Assembly (NCBI GenBank): GCA_902589475.1
Contig: CACITD010000007.1
Coordinates: 1,981 to 65,980 of the forward strand
Direction: 5' to 3'
DNA length: 64,000 nucleotides
Source: an uncultured Alphaproteobacteria bacterium
GTDB lineage: Bacteria > Pseudomonadota > Alphaproteobacteria > Thalassobaculales > Thalassobaculaceae
Part shown: in pieces, positions 10,012 to 20,876 of the stretch
How the letters are laid out: every line of letters begins with the position of its first letter
Position numbering within the stretch: the stretch's first letter is position 1
Program-made: the position numbers and the translations under genes
Notes under the pieces: generated by a model
Told to the model about the DNA's origin: nothing
Database searches by the model: none
The model's input: only the letters and a program-made list of their open reading frames with translations

Positions 10012-12585
10012 TTACTGTTCTGTAACAAGTTCAAATTGATCCTCAGAAAGTGATACTTTCATGTGGGACATCTCTTGATTTTTACCTTCTAACAGTTCAT
10101 TCGCAATAGCGTTGTATAATTTCTTTTGTATCAGGCGCTTAAGTGGACGAGCGCCGTATATTGGGTCATAACCTTCTCTGGAGATCCATTGTTTAGCTTT
10201 CTCGTCAATGGAGATCTGTATTCCCTTATCATCCAATAGTCCCTGTAAGTGCTTAATCTGAGTGGTGACAATTTGATCCATGTCCATCGGGCTAAGTCTG
10301 GAAAATACTATGATGTCATCTAACCTGTTTATAAATTCGGGGCGTAAGTGGTTTTTTACTTCGTTCTTTACTAAGTTTTCAGTATCTTGGCTTGTTCGGG
10401 GTTCATCTTGGTTTGCTAAATATTGAGCTCCAAGATTTGAGGTGAGTATTATCAAAGTATTCTTAAAGCTTACCGTTCTACCGTGGCTATCAGTAAGGCG
10501 TCCCTCATCAAGAACCTGAAGCAATAGGTTCATAACGTCACTATGGGCTTTTTCTATCTCATCAAAGAGAATAATTTGATATGGTTTTCGCCTGACTTGT
10601 TCGGTGAGGAGGCCCCCCTCTTCAAAACCAACATATCCTGGTGGAGCACCTATTAATCTTGCAACGCTGTGTTTCTCCATGAACTCAGACATATCAACTC
10701 TGACAATTGCATCTTCGTTGTCAAAAAGGAACTCTGCGACGGCCTTGCTAAGCTCGGTTTTCCCCACACCGGTGGGGCCAAGAAAAAGAAATGACCCAAT
10801 TGGTTTTTTGGGGTCTTTTAGCCCGACCCTAGACCTACGGATGGAGTCTGCGACTGCTTTTATCGCTGCCTTTTGTCCAATCACGCGTTGGCTTAATATA
10901 TCCTCCATAGAAAGGAGTTTCTCTTTTTCTTCAGCCATCATTTTATCGACCGGTATTCCTGTCCATCTCGATACGATTGAAGCGATATCGTTCTCAGTCA
11001 CTTCTTCTTTAACCATTTTTTGTTTAAAGCTTTTCTTTGCAAGCTCTAGCTGCTGTTCTATCTTAGGGATGATAGAGTATAGAAGTTCGCTTGCTTTTTC
11101 ATAATTACCAGCTCGTTGAGCTAAGGTAAGAGAGTGCTTTGTCTCTTCCAAATCTTCTTGCAACTTACGTGTTTGATCCACTAGAGCAACTTCTGTTTCC
11201 CATTGTTTAGAGAGTTTTTCACTTTGAGTTTGGAGTTTAGCCAACTGTTTTTCTAACGTCTCAACGCGTTGTCGATTGTCGGCAGTTAGTTCTTTTTTTA
11301 ATGCTTCCTGCTCTATCTTTAGTTGAACAATTTCTCTTTCTAATTTATCGATGATTTCAGGTTTTGAGTCTATTTCCATTCTTCTGGCTGAGGCGGCTTC
11401 ATCTACAAGATCAATAGCCTTATCTGGCAAAAACCGTTGGGTAATGTGCCGGTTGGATAGTTTTACAGCTGTCACTAATGCGCTATCAAGAATCTTAACG
11501 CCGTGGTGTAGTTCGTATTTTTCACGAAGCCCCCGCAGTATCGATATACTCTTCTCTTGGTTTGGCTCTTCTACAATTATTGATTGAAATCGCCTTGCTA
11601 ATGCAGCATCCTTTTCAATATACTTGCGGTATTCGTCTAGTGTAGTGGCTCCTAGACAATGCAAAGTACCGCGTGCTAGCGCCGGCTTGAGCATATTTGA
11701 GGCGTCCATGGCTCCGTCGGCAGCGCCGGCTCCCACCAATGTGTGGAGTTCATCGATAAACAATATTATTTCGCCGTTTGATTCCTCGATTTCTCTAAGT
11801 ACACTTTTTAATCTCTCTTCAAATTCACCCCTGAATTTCGCACCAGCTATAAGCAATCCGAGGTCAAGGCTTAGAAGCCGCTTGTTTCGCAATCCCTTTG
11901 GAACATCAGAATTTACAATTCTCGAGGCAAGTCCTTCAACAATTGCGGTTTTTCCAACACCAGGGTCACCGATTAAAACAGGATTGTTTTTTGTTCGTCG
12001 ACAAATGACCTGTATAGTCCTTTTAATTTCCTCTTCGCGCCCAATTACTGGGTCCAGTTTGCCGTTAATTGCGGCCTCAGTAACGTCTTGTGTGTATCTG
12101 ATAAGTGCGCTCTTTTCATCCTCTAACGAATTACTATCAAATGATGCCGCCTGCCTTTTTTCTTTAATGTTATTTTTCAGTTTGGTTTTTGAGACGCCAT
12201 TTTTGTTAAGAATAGTCGAAGAAATCAGATCATCTGTTATAGCAATTGAAAGGAGTAGGTCATCTGGAGTAATTGTTTCACTTCCTGATCGCTTACAATT
12301 TCTCTTTGTAAGTGAAATAAGAGCCTGAAATTGTCGCGTAGGCAGAGGATTGAGTTGGCCTTCGACCATCACTTTTGGCAACTTATTTAATTCAGCATTA
12401 AGATCCATGGTTATGTTTTCAAGGTTTCCACCGGAATCTCTAACTAATTGCATACATAGCGTGTCGCTGTCAGATAATAAAACCTTAAGAAGATGTTCAG
12501 GTGTCAATTGTTGATTTTTTGAATTGACAGCTAATTTCTCTGCATCAACAAGTATCGTTTTTGTTTTTTTGGTAAAAGCTTCCAT
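10012..12585 (-). CDS. clpB: ATP-dependent chaperone/disaggregase ClpB
   Basis: 857 aa. Clp N-domain, two AAA+ modules ([15 protein letters not shown] and [15 protein letters not shown]) and a long coiled-coil middle domain. Confidence 0.97.
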   Translation of the reverse strand: MEAFTKKTKTILVDAEKLAVNSKNQQLTPEHLLKVLLSDSDTLCMQLVRDSGGNLENITMDLNAELNKLPKVMVEGQLNPLPTRQFQALISLTKRNCKRSGSETITPDDLLLSIAITDDLISSTILNKNGVSKTKLKNNIKEKRQAASFDSNSLEDEKSALIRYTQDVTEAAINGKLDPVIGREEEIKRTIQVICRRTKNNPVLIGDPGVGKTAIVEGLASRIVNSDVPKGLRNKRLLSLDLGLLIAGAKFRGEFEERLKSVLREIEESNGEIILFIDELHTLVGAGAADGAMDASNMLKPALARGTLHCLGATTLDEYRKYIEKDAALARRFQSIIVEEPNQEKSISILRGLREKYELHHGVKILDSALVTAVKLSNRHITQRFLPDKAIDLVDEAASARRMEIDSKPEIIDKLEREIVQLKIEQEALKKELTADNRQRVETLEKQLAKLQTQSEKLSKQWETEVALVDQTRKLQEDLEETKHSLTLAQRAGNYEKASELLYSIIPKIEQQLELAKKSFKQKMVKEEVTENDIASIVSRWTGIPVDKMMAEEKEKLLSMEDILSQRVIGQKAAIKAVADSIRRSRVGLKDPKKPIGSFLFLGPTGVGKTELSKAVAEFLFDNEDAIVRVDMSEFMEKHSVARLIGAPPGYVGFEEGGLLTEQVRRKPYQIILFDEIEKAHSDVMNLLLQVLDEGRLTDSHGRTVSFKNTLIILTSNLGAQYLANQDEPRTSQDTENLVKNEVKNHLRPEFINRLDDIIVFSRLSPMDMDQIVTTQIKHLQGLLDDKGIQISIDEKAKQWISREGYDPIYGARPLKRLIQKKLYNAIANELLEGKNQEMSHMKVSLSEDQFELVTEQ

Positions 12586-12664
12586 AACCCTGACGATTTT
12601 TCCTACTCTGTGAACTGTTTGGAGATTTTTATCCCTTTATCACAGTGCTTTAGAGATATCCGAC

Positions 12665-12692
12665 ATATGGGGAGCTTTCTTCTTTTGGCAAG
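12665..12692 (-). promoter_or_regulatory. sigma-32 (RpoH)-type heat-shock promoter of clpB
   Basis: The minus strand reads CTTGCCA-N13-CCCCATAT, against the E. coli-type consensus CTTGAAA-N13-15-CCCCATNT. It lies about 80 nt upstream of the clpB ATG (12585). Confidence 0.6.
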
Positions 12693-12817
12693 ATAATTAT
12701 AAGAGTTTTATTTATCCTGCTGACAATAAGATGGCATCCGGCTATTGAGAAATATTAAACTCCGGGATTATTTTCGCAGCAAAATAATAAATTTTCTAGG
12801 TTTGTTGATTGTTTTGG

Positions 12818-13507
12818 TTAACTATCAATTGAATTACCTTGTCGATTATTTCGGGGGCCACGCCTTCTTCTCAAATTAGACGCTCCCTCTGCACTTTCAG
12901 TGTTCTCAAGTCTTAAACGTGAGCCGCTACCCTTAGTTGATTGACTGCCTTCACCCTCCAAATTAATATTCAGGCGTTCGTCACTTCTTAGTGCGAGGGC
13001 GGGTTCTTTCTGCTGGATTGCGTCTTCCTTTGATTCGTCGTCATCGAGACGTAATAAATCATCGTGTGGTTCTTTTTTCTCAGGTTCCAAGACTGTCGCA
13101 GTCTCTTCGGTGATCTCTGTGCCATTGTTATTAGAAAGTTTTTCCTTCCCATTTTTTGCCGCCAACTGAGTGGTCGGCGTTTCTTGCTGGTCGTGATTAT
13201 TGTTTTCATTGGAACTAGGTTGAGTTGTGCGGTTCTTATTCTGTTCACTATTGGCTTCATCGGTAAATGCACTCAAAATGCGATAGTAATGTTCTGCATG
13301 CTGGAAATAACTTTCTGCGAGAACCGCTTCGCCATTGGTGGAAGCTTCTCTGGCGAGATTCATATATTTCTCGTGAACTTGGTGCGCATTCCCCCGAATT
13401 CGAATATCTGGTCCATTACTATCAAACGTATGGTTCCGTCCTGGTGTTCCAGAACGCCGATTTCCGCCCCTGCCTCGGTTTCGTTTTGAGTGCGAACCTT
13501 GTCTCAT
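12818..13507 (-). CDS. DUF4167 domain-containing protein
   Basis: Arg/Gly-rich N-terminus RNRGRGGNRRSG. Conserved block IRIRGNAHQVHEKYMNLAREA...AESYFQHAEHYYRIL, then a low-complexity acidic/polar tail. It sits between prmC and clpB, as I recall for many Alphaproteobacteria. Confidence 0.75.
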   Translation of the reverse strand: MRQGSHSKRNRGRGGNRRSGTPGRNHTFDSNGPDIRIRGNAHQVHEKYMNLAREASTNGEAVLAESYFQHAEHYYRILSAFTDEANSEQNKNRTTQPSSNENNNHDQQETPTTQLAAKNGKEKLSNNNGTEITEETATVLEPEKKEPHDDLLRLDDDESKEDAIQQKEPALALRSDERLNINLEGEGSQSTKGSGSRLRLENTESAEGASNLRRRRGPRNNRQGNSIDS

Positions 13508-13692
13508 CGCTAAGCTTTTCCATTTTAATTAAAGTTGGCGGGGCTAAAACCCCACGGTTAGTCTAATGATATTATCCTACCTATCAGTCTGTTTATTTTG
13601 ATTGGACGATATCTTCGAAGCGTTTTTTTACGCTATCAATAAATGGTGTTCAAACCACCATTGCCAGATCAAAGCCTAATTTATTCGTTTGG

Positions 13693-14580
13693 TCAACAGT
13701 GTTTATGAGATAAAATTAAACACCTGTCGATTTGAGCCAAATCTTTTTCGATTTTGATCAATTTGAGGCTATTACTTCTCATTATGTCTAAGATTTGTTT
13801 TTTCTGACCAAATCCTATCTCCAAAAATATTAGCCCATCAGCGGATAATAAATTTGAAAATTGGGCAGCAAGTTCAACATAGCAGTCTAAACCTGTTTGG
13901 CCGCCATTTAGAGCTCTTTCTGGTTCGTATAATCGAACTTCTTCATTTAATTTAGCTATTTTATTGGCGGGTATATAGGGCGGATTGCATAAAATAATAT
14001 CAAATTTTTTGTCTAAATTACTAGCCCAATTTCCCGTTTGAAATTTTGCTCTGTCATCTAACTCATTTCTCTTCGCATTTATCTTTGCGATTTCAATGCA
14101 ACGAGAGTCGATATCTATTCCTAAACCATATGAATGAGGCCATTCTTGGAGTGCTGCCAATAATAGGCAGCCCGAACCAGTACCCAAATCTAAAATATTT
14201 AGAATTCTATTTTTATCCGGGAATTGTTTTACAGCGGCCTCTATTAAAGTTTCGCTATCTGGTCGGGGGTCAAGCACATATGGCGATACTAGGAGATCGA
14301 GGCTCCAAAATTCTTTTACTCCTATGATTTTTGATACTGGTTCCCTTTTACAACGCCGCAATATTTTGGAACTAAAATCATCTAAATGCTCACGTTTAAC
14401 TACATCCCCCTCCCTACCATAAAACCTTTCGTTTGGTTTGTTTAAACTATGCCCGAGTAAAATACGTGCGTCGTTAATAGGTTGCGCAACTCCAGCAGCT
14501 TTGAATTTCGCAACTGCTATATTGAGGACTTCTTTTACCTTATAATCAGTATGAAGGCATGTTATCTGCTTCTCAACCAT
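13693..14580 (-). CDS. prmC: peptide chain release factor N5-glutamine methyltransferase
   Basis: SAM motif ILDLGTGSGCLLLA and catalytic NPPY (LCNPPYIP). Located immediately downstream of prfA. Confidence 0.9.
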   Translation of the reverse strand: MVEKQITCLHTDYKVKEVLNIAVAKFKAAGVAQPINDARILLGHSLNKPNERFYGREGDVVKREHLDDFSSKILRRCKREPVSKIIGVKEFWSLDLLVSPYVLDPRPDSETLIEAAVKQFPDKNRILNILDLGTGSGCLLLAALQEWPHSYGLGIDIDSRCIEIAKINAKRNELDDRAKFQTGNWASNLDKKFDIILCNPPYIPANKIAKLNEEVRLYEPERALNGGQTGLDCYVELAAQFSNLLSADGLIFLEIGFGQKKQILDIMRSNSLKLIKIEKDLAQIDRCLILSHKHC

Positions 14581-14583
14581 AAG

Positions 14584-15660
14584 TCACGCCATTGCAGCCA
14601 GTCGAGCCGCCTCCTCAGTAGCAGTTAAACCATCTACTATATCATCGAGAGCTTCCCCTGCTATAACCTTGTCGATTTTATATAATGTTAAATTTATTCG
14701 ATGATCGGTTACCCGCCCCTGCGGGAAGTTATATGTCCTAATTCTCTCAGATCTATCTCCTGTTCCCACCTGTTCTTTACGATCCGCGGCACGTTCTTTT
14801 TCTAGTTTGGTTCGCTCAAAATCGAAAACTCTCGCCCGCAATATTTTCATTCCCTTAGCTTTGTTTTTATGTTGAGACTTTTCGTCTTGTTGAGAAACAA
14901 CGATCCCTGTTGGCAAATGTGTAATTCTAACCGCACTGTCTGTAGTATTGACAGATTGTCCACCAGGGCCACTGGCTCTGAATATATCTATACGCAGATC
15001 CTTTTCGTCGATCTGTATATCCACTTCTTCGGCTTCAGGGAGTACCGCTACTGTAGCTGCAGATGTATGTATCCTTCCGCCTGATTCGGTGGTGGGTACA
15101 CGCTGAACCCGGTGTACACCGGACTCAAATTTCAATCGAGCAAATACTGATCTACCGGTGATTGATGCAATAGCTTCACGATAGCCCCCAATGTCATTTT
15201 CTGATACTTCGAGAATATCAAAGCGCCACCCTTTAATTGAGGAATACTTCTGATACATCGAAAAAAGTTCTGTGGCAAAAAGCGCTGCTTCATCTCCACC
15301 CGTTCCTGCCCTTACCTCTAAAATAGCATTTTTTTCATCTATTTCGTCTTTTGGCAACAAAAGGCGCTCCAATTCTTTGTCGAGTACACTGATAGATTTA
15401 ATTAATTCGTCGATTTCAGTCTGGACGAGCGCCAATAATTCTTTGTCGTGCTGATTTTCACTCGCGAGTAATTTATTCTCTTCAAGCTCTTTTCCTAGAG
15501 CGCGTACTTCGTTAATTTTTTCAGCTATCGGTGTCAACTCAGAGAACTCTATCGAAAGTTTGGTGATTTCTTCTGCGGATAGTTCTTTGGAATTGGATAG
15601 TGTTAACTCTAACTCACGATGGCGTGATGAGACACGTTCTAGATTTTCTTCAAAGCTCAT
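14584..15660 (-). CDS. prfA: peptide chain release factor 1
   Basis: GGQ motif [23 protein letters not shown] and a PxT-type decoding region. Start set at the second ATG (15660), with GGAG 7 nt upstream. Confidence 0.95.
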   Translation of the reverse strand: MSFEENLERVSSRHRELELTLSNSKELSAEEITKLSIEFSELTPIAEKINEVRALGKELEENKLLASENQHDKELLALVQTEIDELIKSISVLDKELERLLLPKDEIDEKNAILEVRAGTGGDEAALFATELFSMYQKYSSIKGWRFDILEVSENDIGGYREAIASITGRSVFARLKFESGVHRVQRVPTTESGGRIHTSAATVAVLPEAEEVDIQIDEKDLRIDIFRASGPGGQSVNTTDSAVRITHLPTGIVVSQQDEKSQHKNKAKGMKILRARVFDFERTKLEKERAADRKEQVGTGDRSERIRTYNFPQGRVTDHRINLTLYKIDKVIAGEALDDIVDGLTATEEAARLAAMA

Positions 15661-16945
15661 GCTGGTCTCCTTTGTCACCATTTTGTGGAATCAAAAGATT
15701 TCTAATTAACTTTTCAGTTTCTGAGTTTAGTTGATCATTCTGAGACAATTCTCGTGTAACTTTAAGTGGCTGGTGTAAAAATTTTCTTAGAGCAAGATAA
15801 CAGGCGTCCTTAACTGAAAGATTAGGTTTTTGCTCAAGCATAAGTTGTAACTCGTTCTCTAGAGCCTCACGTATTTCTCTGGCTAAAACTCCTATATCGC
15901 GATTCGGAGTTTTAAGATAAAAAGCCTCAAGCTCTTCTAAAATAATATCTTCCGCCTTTTGCTTTTCCAAAGCTCGCTTTTCAATACCCTCGACGGCCAG
16001 TTTTTCTAGATTGTCAAGGTTGTAAACAAAAGCTGCATCTAGAGACTCTACTGATGGTTCTACGGCTCCCGGGACTCCTAAGTCAATAATAAAGAGTGGC
16101 TTGTACTTCCTTGATCGTAAAGCGGAGCTGACCACCGTTTTAGTTAGCGTGTAATTAGTGTCGTTATTGCAAATGAGTGCTATATCTGAATTCGCAATTA
16201 ATTGTGATTGCGTCTCTAAATGAAGATCTGCTTTCAGGATGCTAGAGTTTTTTGAATTAAATTTCGTACTCGCGGCGTTTATAAACTTTTTAGCCCCGGC
16301 TTGCTCGAATTGTTCGGATAAAAAAATCGCAGTTTCGTCCAATCCAAATATTACCCCATTGCAGGTTGTTAATTCGCCATTAATATTTCGAGCGACGCGT
16401 ATAGCCGCTGCTGCGAGGGATGTTGGACCTTCTGAAATCTTTGTTTCGTTTTTAACTCTTTTGGCAACAGAGAATGCATATTTAAAGATATGATTCAAAA
16501 ACACAGATGCTGGCGCAATTGATTTGGATATCTGTTCGCAAGTGCGAACTTGCCCCAAAATTTGAGGCTCGCCAATTACTTGGCTCTCCATTGCTGACAC
16601 AACTCTAAAAAAATGTCCTAGCGCAACCTTTCCGCTTAATTTGTAGGCAACTCTCTCCAAATCGCGAGGGTCGAGTTTTGTCCTCTCCGCTAAAAGATTA
16701 AAGAAATCCGATTGAACGCAACCGGAGATGGACTTGCAAAAATAAATTTCCAGCCTGTCGCATGTAAGAACCCCGTACACGCTTTTGTTTCTTTCAGAAT
16801 TTAACGAAGTGAGGATAATCCCTAAATCTGTTTCGCCCCCAAATATGGTTGACCGTATGAGCGGAGGGCACGATGCGTAATTGATGCCGATCAAACTAAA
16901 GTTATCGCCATCGTTTTCAATATGATCTTCATTCACCGAACTCAT
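15650..16945 (-). CDS. hemA: glutamyl-tRNA reductase-like protein (divergent HemA)
   Basis: The GluTR catalytic-domain motifs are conserved: LTCDRLEIY (cf. TCNRxE with the catalytic Cys), GEPQILGQV and [11 protein letters not shown]. The dinucleotide-fold glycine motif reads GLDETA instead of GAGExG/A. ATGA overlap with ispG, and an 11-nt overlap with prfA. Confidence 0.72.
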   Translation of the reverse strand: MSSVNEDHIENDGDNFSLIGINYASCPPLIRSTIFGGETDLGIILTSLNSERNKSVYGVLTCDRLEIYFCKSISGCVQSDFFNLLAERTKLDPRDLERVAYKLSGKVALGHFFRVVSAMESQVIGEPQILGQVRTCEQISKSIAPASVFLNHIFKYAFSVAKRVKNETKISEGPTSLAAAAIRVARNINGELTTCNGVIFGLDETAIFLSEQFEQAGAKKFINAASTKFNSKNSSILKADLHLETQSQLIANSDIALICNNDTNYTLTKTVVSSALRSRKYKPLFIIDLGVPGAVEPSVESLDAAFVYNLDNLEKLAVEGIEKRALEKQKAEDIILEELEAFYLKTPNRDIGVLAREIREALENELQLMLEQKPNLSVKDACYLALRKFLHQPLKVTRELSQNDQLNSETEKLIRNLLIPQNGDKGDQHEL

Positions 16946-18126
16946 TTTGAGTTAGTTGTTGGTAACGGGATGCTGCCGCCAAGTAGGCTATTCTCTGCTT
17001 CATATCCCACATGTGCTTTGCTTGCTTCTATTTTGAGCGCCTCTTTCTCAACTAGGCCTACGATATGATCCACAATATTTTCGTCTTTTAATCGGTGGTG
17101 GGGAACACCTGATAAATATACTTGGTGAACGTCTTTCCCACCTCCTGTTAATCCGATATTTGTACTTTTTGCTTCTCCTGGGCCATTTACGACGCAACCA
17201 ATAATTGACAGTGTCATTGGCGTTGTTATGTGAGAAAGCCTCTTTTCAAGTGTTTTCACGGTTTCAATGACATCAAATTGTTGTCGTGCGCATGAAGGAC
17301 ACGAAATGATATTGACTCCTCGGTGCCTTAGGTTAAGGGATTTTAGTATATCGAATCCAACTCGCACTTCCTCGACGGGATCCTCGGATAGCGAGACTCT
17401 GATCGTATCGCCAATACCACTCCATAATAGCATCCCCATTCCAACCGCGGATTTCACAGTTCCGGCCCTAAAACTTCCTGCTTCGGTTATACCAAGATGG
17501 AGTGGGTAGTCAGTGACTTGAGATAGTTTCTGGTAGGCCTCAGTTGCTAGAAATACATTTGAGGCTTTAACACTTATCTTAAAGTTGAAAAAATCATTTT
17601 CCTCTAGTAATTTGGCATGGTTTAGTGCACTTTCTACCATCGCATCTGCACTTGGTTCTTGGTATTTTTCAAGCAAATGCCTTTCTAAACTACCGGCATT
17701 CACTCCTATACGCATCGAACATCCATTATCAACTGCTGCTCGAATTACTTCTTTCACTTTATGTGAAGCGCCAATGTTCCCAGGATTGATACGCAAGCAA
17801 GCAGCACCTGCCTGGGCAGCTTCTATAGCCCGTCGATAATGAAAGTGTATATCGGCCACAACAGGTATTGGGGATTCCATGACAATTTTTTTTAAACTTT
17901 GCGTAGAGGATTGATCAGGACAAGATACTCTGATGATGTCAGCACCTTCAGCAGCACAGTCGAAAATTTGTTTTAGGGTAGATTTAACATCGGCAGTATC
18001 GGTATTTGTCATAGTCTGAACGGAAATAGGTGCATCACCACCAACAGGCACTGCACCAACCATAATTTGTCGTCGTTTTTTTCTTTTTATTTTTTGGTGA
18101 CTAACCAAAGTGTCATCATAACTCAA
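16942..18126 (-). CDS. ispG: 4-hydroxy-3-methylbut-2-en-1-yl diphosphate synthase (flavodoxin)
   Basis: [17 protein letters not shown], the INPGNIG region, and the C-terminal Fe-S motifs CPSCARQ...[12 protein letters not shown] start at 18126 with AAGGA upstream. Confidence 0.94.
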   Translation of the reverse strand: MSYDDTLVSHQKIKRKKRRQIMVGAVPVGGDAPISVQTMTNTDTADVKSTLKQIFDCAAEGADIIRVSCPDQSSTQSLKKIVMESPIPVVADIHFHYRRAIEAAQAGAACLRINPGNIGASHKVKEVIRAAVDNGCSMRIGVNAGSLERHLLEKYQEPSADAMVESALNHAKLLEENDFFNFKISVKASNVFLATEAYQKLSQVTDYPLHLGITEAGSFRAGTVKSAVGMGMLLWSGIGDTIRVSLSEDPVEEVRVGFDILKSLNLRHRGVNIISCPSCARQQFDVIETVKTLEKRLSHITTPMTLSIIGCVVNGPGEAKSTNIGLTGGGKDVHQVYLSGVPHHRLKDENIVDHIVGLVEKEALKIEASKAHVGYEAENSLLGGSIPLPTTNSK

Positions 18127-18151
18127 AATATCTTTTCCTTGTTTATGGAAT

Positions 18152-19318
18152 CTATTCTTGCCATTTATTTAACTGGTTATTTTTTGATATGCGATCATTT
18201 TTATCAAAGCCAATGAACTTTCTATTTTTATGCGTTATTAAAAGAGCTTTGGTGTTTCCTGTGCTCAACGAGAGGCCCTTTTCGTATTTAAGTGTTATTG
18301 TCTCTCCTTCAGTGATAATGCGACTAAACACAATCTCTTTGCCTGCATTCTGGATTTCTATCCATGTATCCTCGGATGCGGTTATTTTGATTTTTCCAGT
18401 GCCACCCGAAATTAGATTAGACCTTATTTCAGTGACTCTATTATCACTTTTTTTAGTAGATGTTATGGTGTCTAGAGATTGCTTGCGTTGTGGAGTGGGT
18501 TTTTTCGTCTTTTGCTGCAATCCCTCCGTTGGAGGTTTAACGGGTTCTTTGGCCTTTTGCTTTGTTTTTTCGTTTAGGCGGCTTTCCTTTTCAAGCTTTA
18601 AATTTTCTTGAACTTTTATGAAATTCTTGGCTGCCTTAGGTTCAGATGGTTGATCCTTTACATTTGTTACAGTTTTTTCTGTTTCGGGAGCTGCAAAACT
18701 TTTGTCCTTGTTTTCTTTTGAGCTCATGCTTAATTGTTTTTTGAGTTTACCTTCGGTCAGTATCCGATGATTTGCATTGTTTGGCGAAGGGTGATTATCA
18801 AAAGAATACCAAGCAAAATAGCCTCCCACTGTGGCCACTAAAGAAATGGCCAGAATTACTAAGCTTGGTGATGATTTTTTATTTGGAAGGATTCCTAAGA
18901 TTGTCTCATTAGGGTTGGGCGAATTGCTATTTGACGGAACGACGTGCATTAGGGATTGGTTGATGTTTAATCCGAGATATTGCGTGTAACTCTTTAGGAA
19001 GCCCGAAACATAAGTTGTTCCAGGAAGCAAATTAAAATTACCACTCTCTAAAGCGATTAAATACTCTTTTTTGATCCTCAAGGAAGCTTCTGCATCTTCC
19101 AAAGATATTTTTTCTTTTTCGCGGGCTTCCTGCAAAATTCGACCAATTTCTATTTCTGAGAGGCGAATGCTTTTTAGTAACTCAGTTTTGGCTTCGGAGG
19201 TTGTCTCATTAGACGCGACAACACCGCCTTCTCTCATTTTCGCTAGGCGCTTTTTAAAGCCATCTAGCATAGCAAAAAACTTTTCATGTATGGCACGGTA
19301 TTGATTTTCTGCATCCAT
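18152..19318 (-). CDS. rodZ: RodZ-like cytoskeleton protein (HTH + TM + DUF4115)
   Basis: XRE-type HTH ([38 protein letters not shown]), one TM ([19 protein letters not shown]), a Lys/Pro-rich linker and a C-terminal DUF4115-like beta domain. Lies directly upstream of ispG, as in E. coli rodZ-ispG. Confidence 0.7.
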   Translation of the reverse strand: MDAENQYRAIHEKFFAMLDGFKKRLAKMREGGVVASNETTSEAKTELLKSIRLSEIEIGRILQEAREKEKISLEDAEASLRIKKEYLIALESGNFNLLPGTTYVSGFLKSYTQYLGLNINQSLMHVVPSNSNSPNPNETILGILPNKKSSPSLVILAISLVATVGGYFAWYSFDNHPSPNNANHRILTEGKLKKQLSMSSKENKDKSFAAPETEKTVTNVKDQPSEPKAAKNFIKVQENLKLEKESRLNEKTKQKAKEPVKPPTEGLQQKTKKPTPQRKQSLDTITSTKKSDNRVTEIRSNLISGGTGKIKITASEDTWIEIQNAGKEIVFSRIITEGETITLKYEKGLSLSTGNTKALLITHKNRKFIGFDKNDRISKNNQLNKWQE

Positions 19319-19531
19319 AAAACAGCAGCCCTGTTTATTAGCGGAGTGTCAACGCGTTGCCCACTAATGAAGCAATCTATCGCCATTGGATATAATATAC
19401 AATCTATGTTAGGTCTAGTACGGAAGCCCCGATCATAGCAAAAGTTGCTTATTGCATGTTTTAGATTATTCAATGACAAAATACTAGATTTGCAGGTTGA
19501 CTGGGTAGCATACCATCACAGGATTTGTTTC

Positions 19532-20752
19532 CTATGATGAATCAAGACCATACGCTGTATGGAGTGCTCGAACTGCAAGTTCAGTGTATTCCGAGCGAAT
19601 AAGTACACTAACTTTTATCTCGGAAGTTGATATCACCTCGATGTTGATACCCTTTTCACCTAGCGTTCTGAACATAGTGGTTGCAACCCCTGGTTGAGAG
19701 CGCATTCCGACACCAATCACGGAAATCTTTGTGACATTTTGATCTGCAATCAAATCACTAAAACCAATTTCGTTCCTAAGATTATGCAAAACTTCTGATG
19801 TGCGTCCGCTGTCAGTTTGGCTTATTGTAAACGTTATATCGGTTGCATTCCCATCTTCAGAGACATTCTGGACTATCATATCGACGTTTATTGATGCTTT
19901 TGCCAACGAGCCGAAAATATTGGCAGCTACCCCTGGTTTGTCCCCGACGCGGCGCAGGGTAATTTTTGCTTCATCGGGACTGTAGGCGATGCCGGTTACT
20001 GTCTCGTGTTCCAATATTTCCTCCTCATTTAAAACTAGCGTTCCCGGTTTGTTTTCAAAGCTAGATAGGACTTGCAGTCGAACATCATATAACATTGCTA
20101 ACGCGACGGATCTTGTTTGGAGTACTTTTGCTCCTTGTGATGCCATTTCCAACATCTCTTCGTATGTTACCGCGTCGATTTTTCTTGCTTTTGCAACTAT
20201 TCGTGGATCAGTGGTGTAAACGCCATCTACATCTGTGTATATATCACATCGCTCAGCATTGAGTGCAGCTGCTAATGCAACAGCGGTTGTGTCTGATCCA
20301 CCGCGCCCTAGTGTTGTAATACGTTTATTTTTCGTAACACCCTGGAACCCCGGTACGACCGCAACGCAATTCTCATCCAAAGAGGCTTTGAGTGCTGCTG
20401 CCTGTATTTCTGTTATCCGCGCTTTGGTATATGTACTGTCCGTGACAAAGGGTATCTGCCACGCCATCCATGAGCGGGCATTTATTCCAATCGTATTTAG
20501 ATAGAGAGCTAGAAGCCCACTAGTAACTTGTTCTCCAGATGAAACGATTACATCGTATTCTGCATTTAATTTTGATCCACCGAGCTTATTAGCCCATTCA
20601 TTAAGTTTGTTGGTCTCGCCCGCCATGGCTGAAACTACAACTGCAACTTTGTTGCCTTTAGCGACTTCTTCTCTTACCTTATAGGCAACGCGTTGGATTC
20701 TATCTAGGTCCGCTACTGATGTTCCACCAAATTTTTGGACGATGTAGGTCAT
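19532..20752 (-). CDS. lysC: aspartate kinase
   Basis: MTYIVQKFGGTSVADLDRI, and two C-terminal ACT domains. Start set at the ATG at 20752. Confidence 0.93.
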   Translation of the reverse strand: MTYIVQKFGGTSVADLDRIQRVAYKVREEVAKGNKVAVVVSAMAGETNKLNEWANKLGGSKLNAEYDVIVSSGEQVTSGLLALYLNTIGINARSWMAWQIPFVTDSTYTKARITEIQAAALKASLDENCVAVVPGFQGVTKNKRITTLGRGGSDTTAVALAAALNAERCDIYTDVDGVYTTDPRIVAKARKIDAVTYEEMLEMASQGAKVLQTRSVALAMLYDVRLQVLSSFENKPGTLVLNEEEILEHETVTGIAYSPDEAKITLRRVGDKPGVAANIFGSLAKASINVDMIVQNVSEDGNATDITFTISQTDSGRTSEVLHNLRNEIGFSDLIADQNVTKISVIGVGMRSQPGVATTMFRTLGEKGINIEVISTSEIKVSVLIRSEYTELAVRALHTAYGLDSS

Positions 20753-20876
20753 AGTGTTGTTCCAAGTTGGCAATGTTGGCGGCTAATTAGCTAACAAAAA
20801 GTTGCTATACATACTAGTGCAAAATTACAGGGGCAAGAGTGGATACAAAAATATAGAGATATTAGTTAGTTAGATT

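Noticed and set aside
11624-12328. A 234-aa ORF antisense to clpB. A second 166-aa antisense ORF lies at 10604-11104 and a 78-aa one at 11351-11587.
   Set aside because: The translations are Ser/Ile/Phe-rich low complexity with no motifs. In this register, antisense stops require specific sense dicodons (NNT/NNC followed by TAN, or NNT followed by CAN), which are rare in this Glu/Lys/Leu-rich chaperone. clpB itself is unambiguous. These are shadow ORFs.
12988-13566. Three overlapping ORFs (94 aa on the minus strand; 141 aa and 99 aa on the plus strand) across the DUF4167 gene.
   Set aside because: They arise in the low-complexity, stop-poor part of the DUF4167 coding region. Only the 229-aa frame carries the conserved DUF4167 block.
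13643-13660. TGGTG-TTCAAAC-CACCA, which looks like a tRNA T-arm (5-bp stem with a 7-nt TTCAAAC loop). On the minus strand it could be a weak terminator about 33 nt after the prmC stop.
   Set aside because: No complementary acceptor strand (CTGGCAA) or D or anticodon arms are found in the roughly 75 nt upstream, so it is not a tRNA. As a terminator, the stem is only 5 bp and AT-poor support follows it, which is too weak to annotate.
19264-19479. A 71-aa ORF overlapping the rodZ-like start and the lysC-rodZ intergenic region. A similar 71-aa ORF lies at 50172-50387, upstream of and overlapping mlaA.
   Set aside because: No SD sequence and no motif. The ORFs run through regions that must hold promoters for the downstream genes. 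Probably spurious.
20782-20791. A perfect 10-bp palindrome GCTAATTAGC in the lysC/ubiG divergent promoter region.
   Set aside because: Dozens of 10-bp palindromes are expected by chance in 64 kb. It has no flanking extension and matches no known operator.
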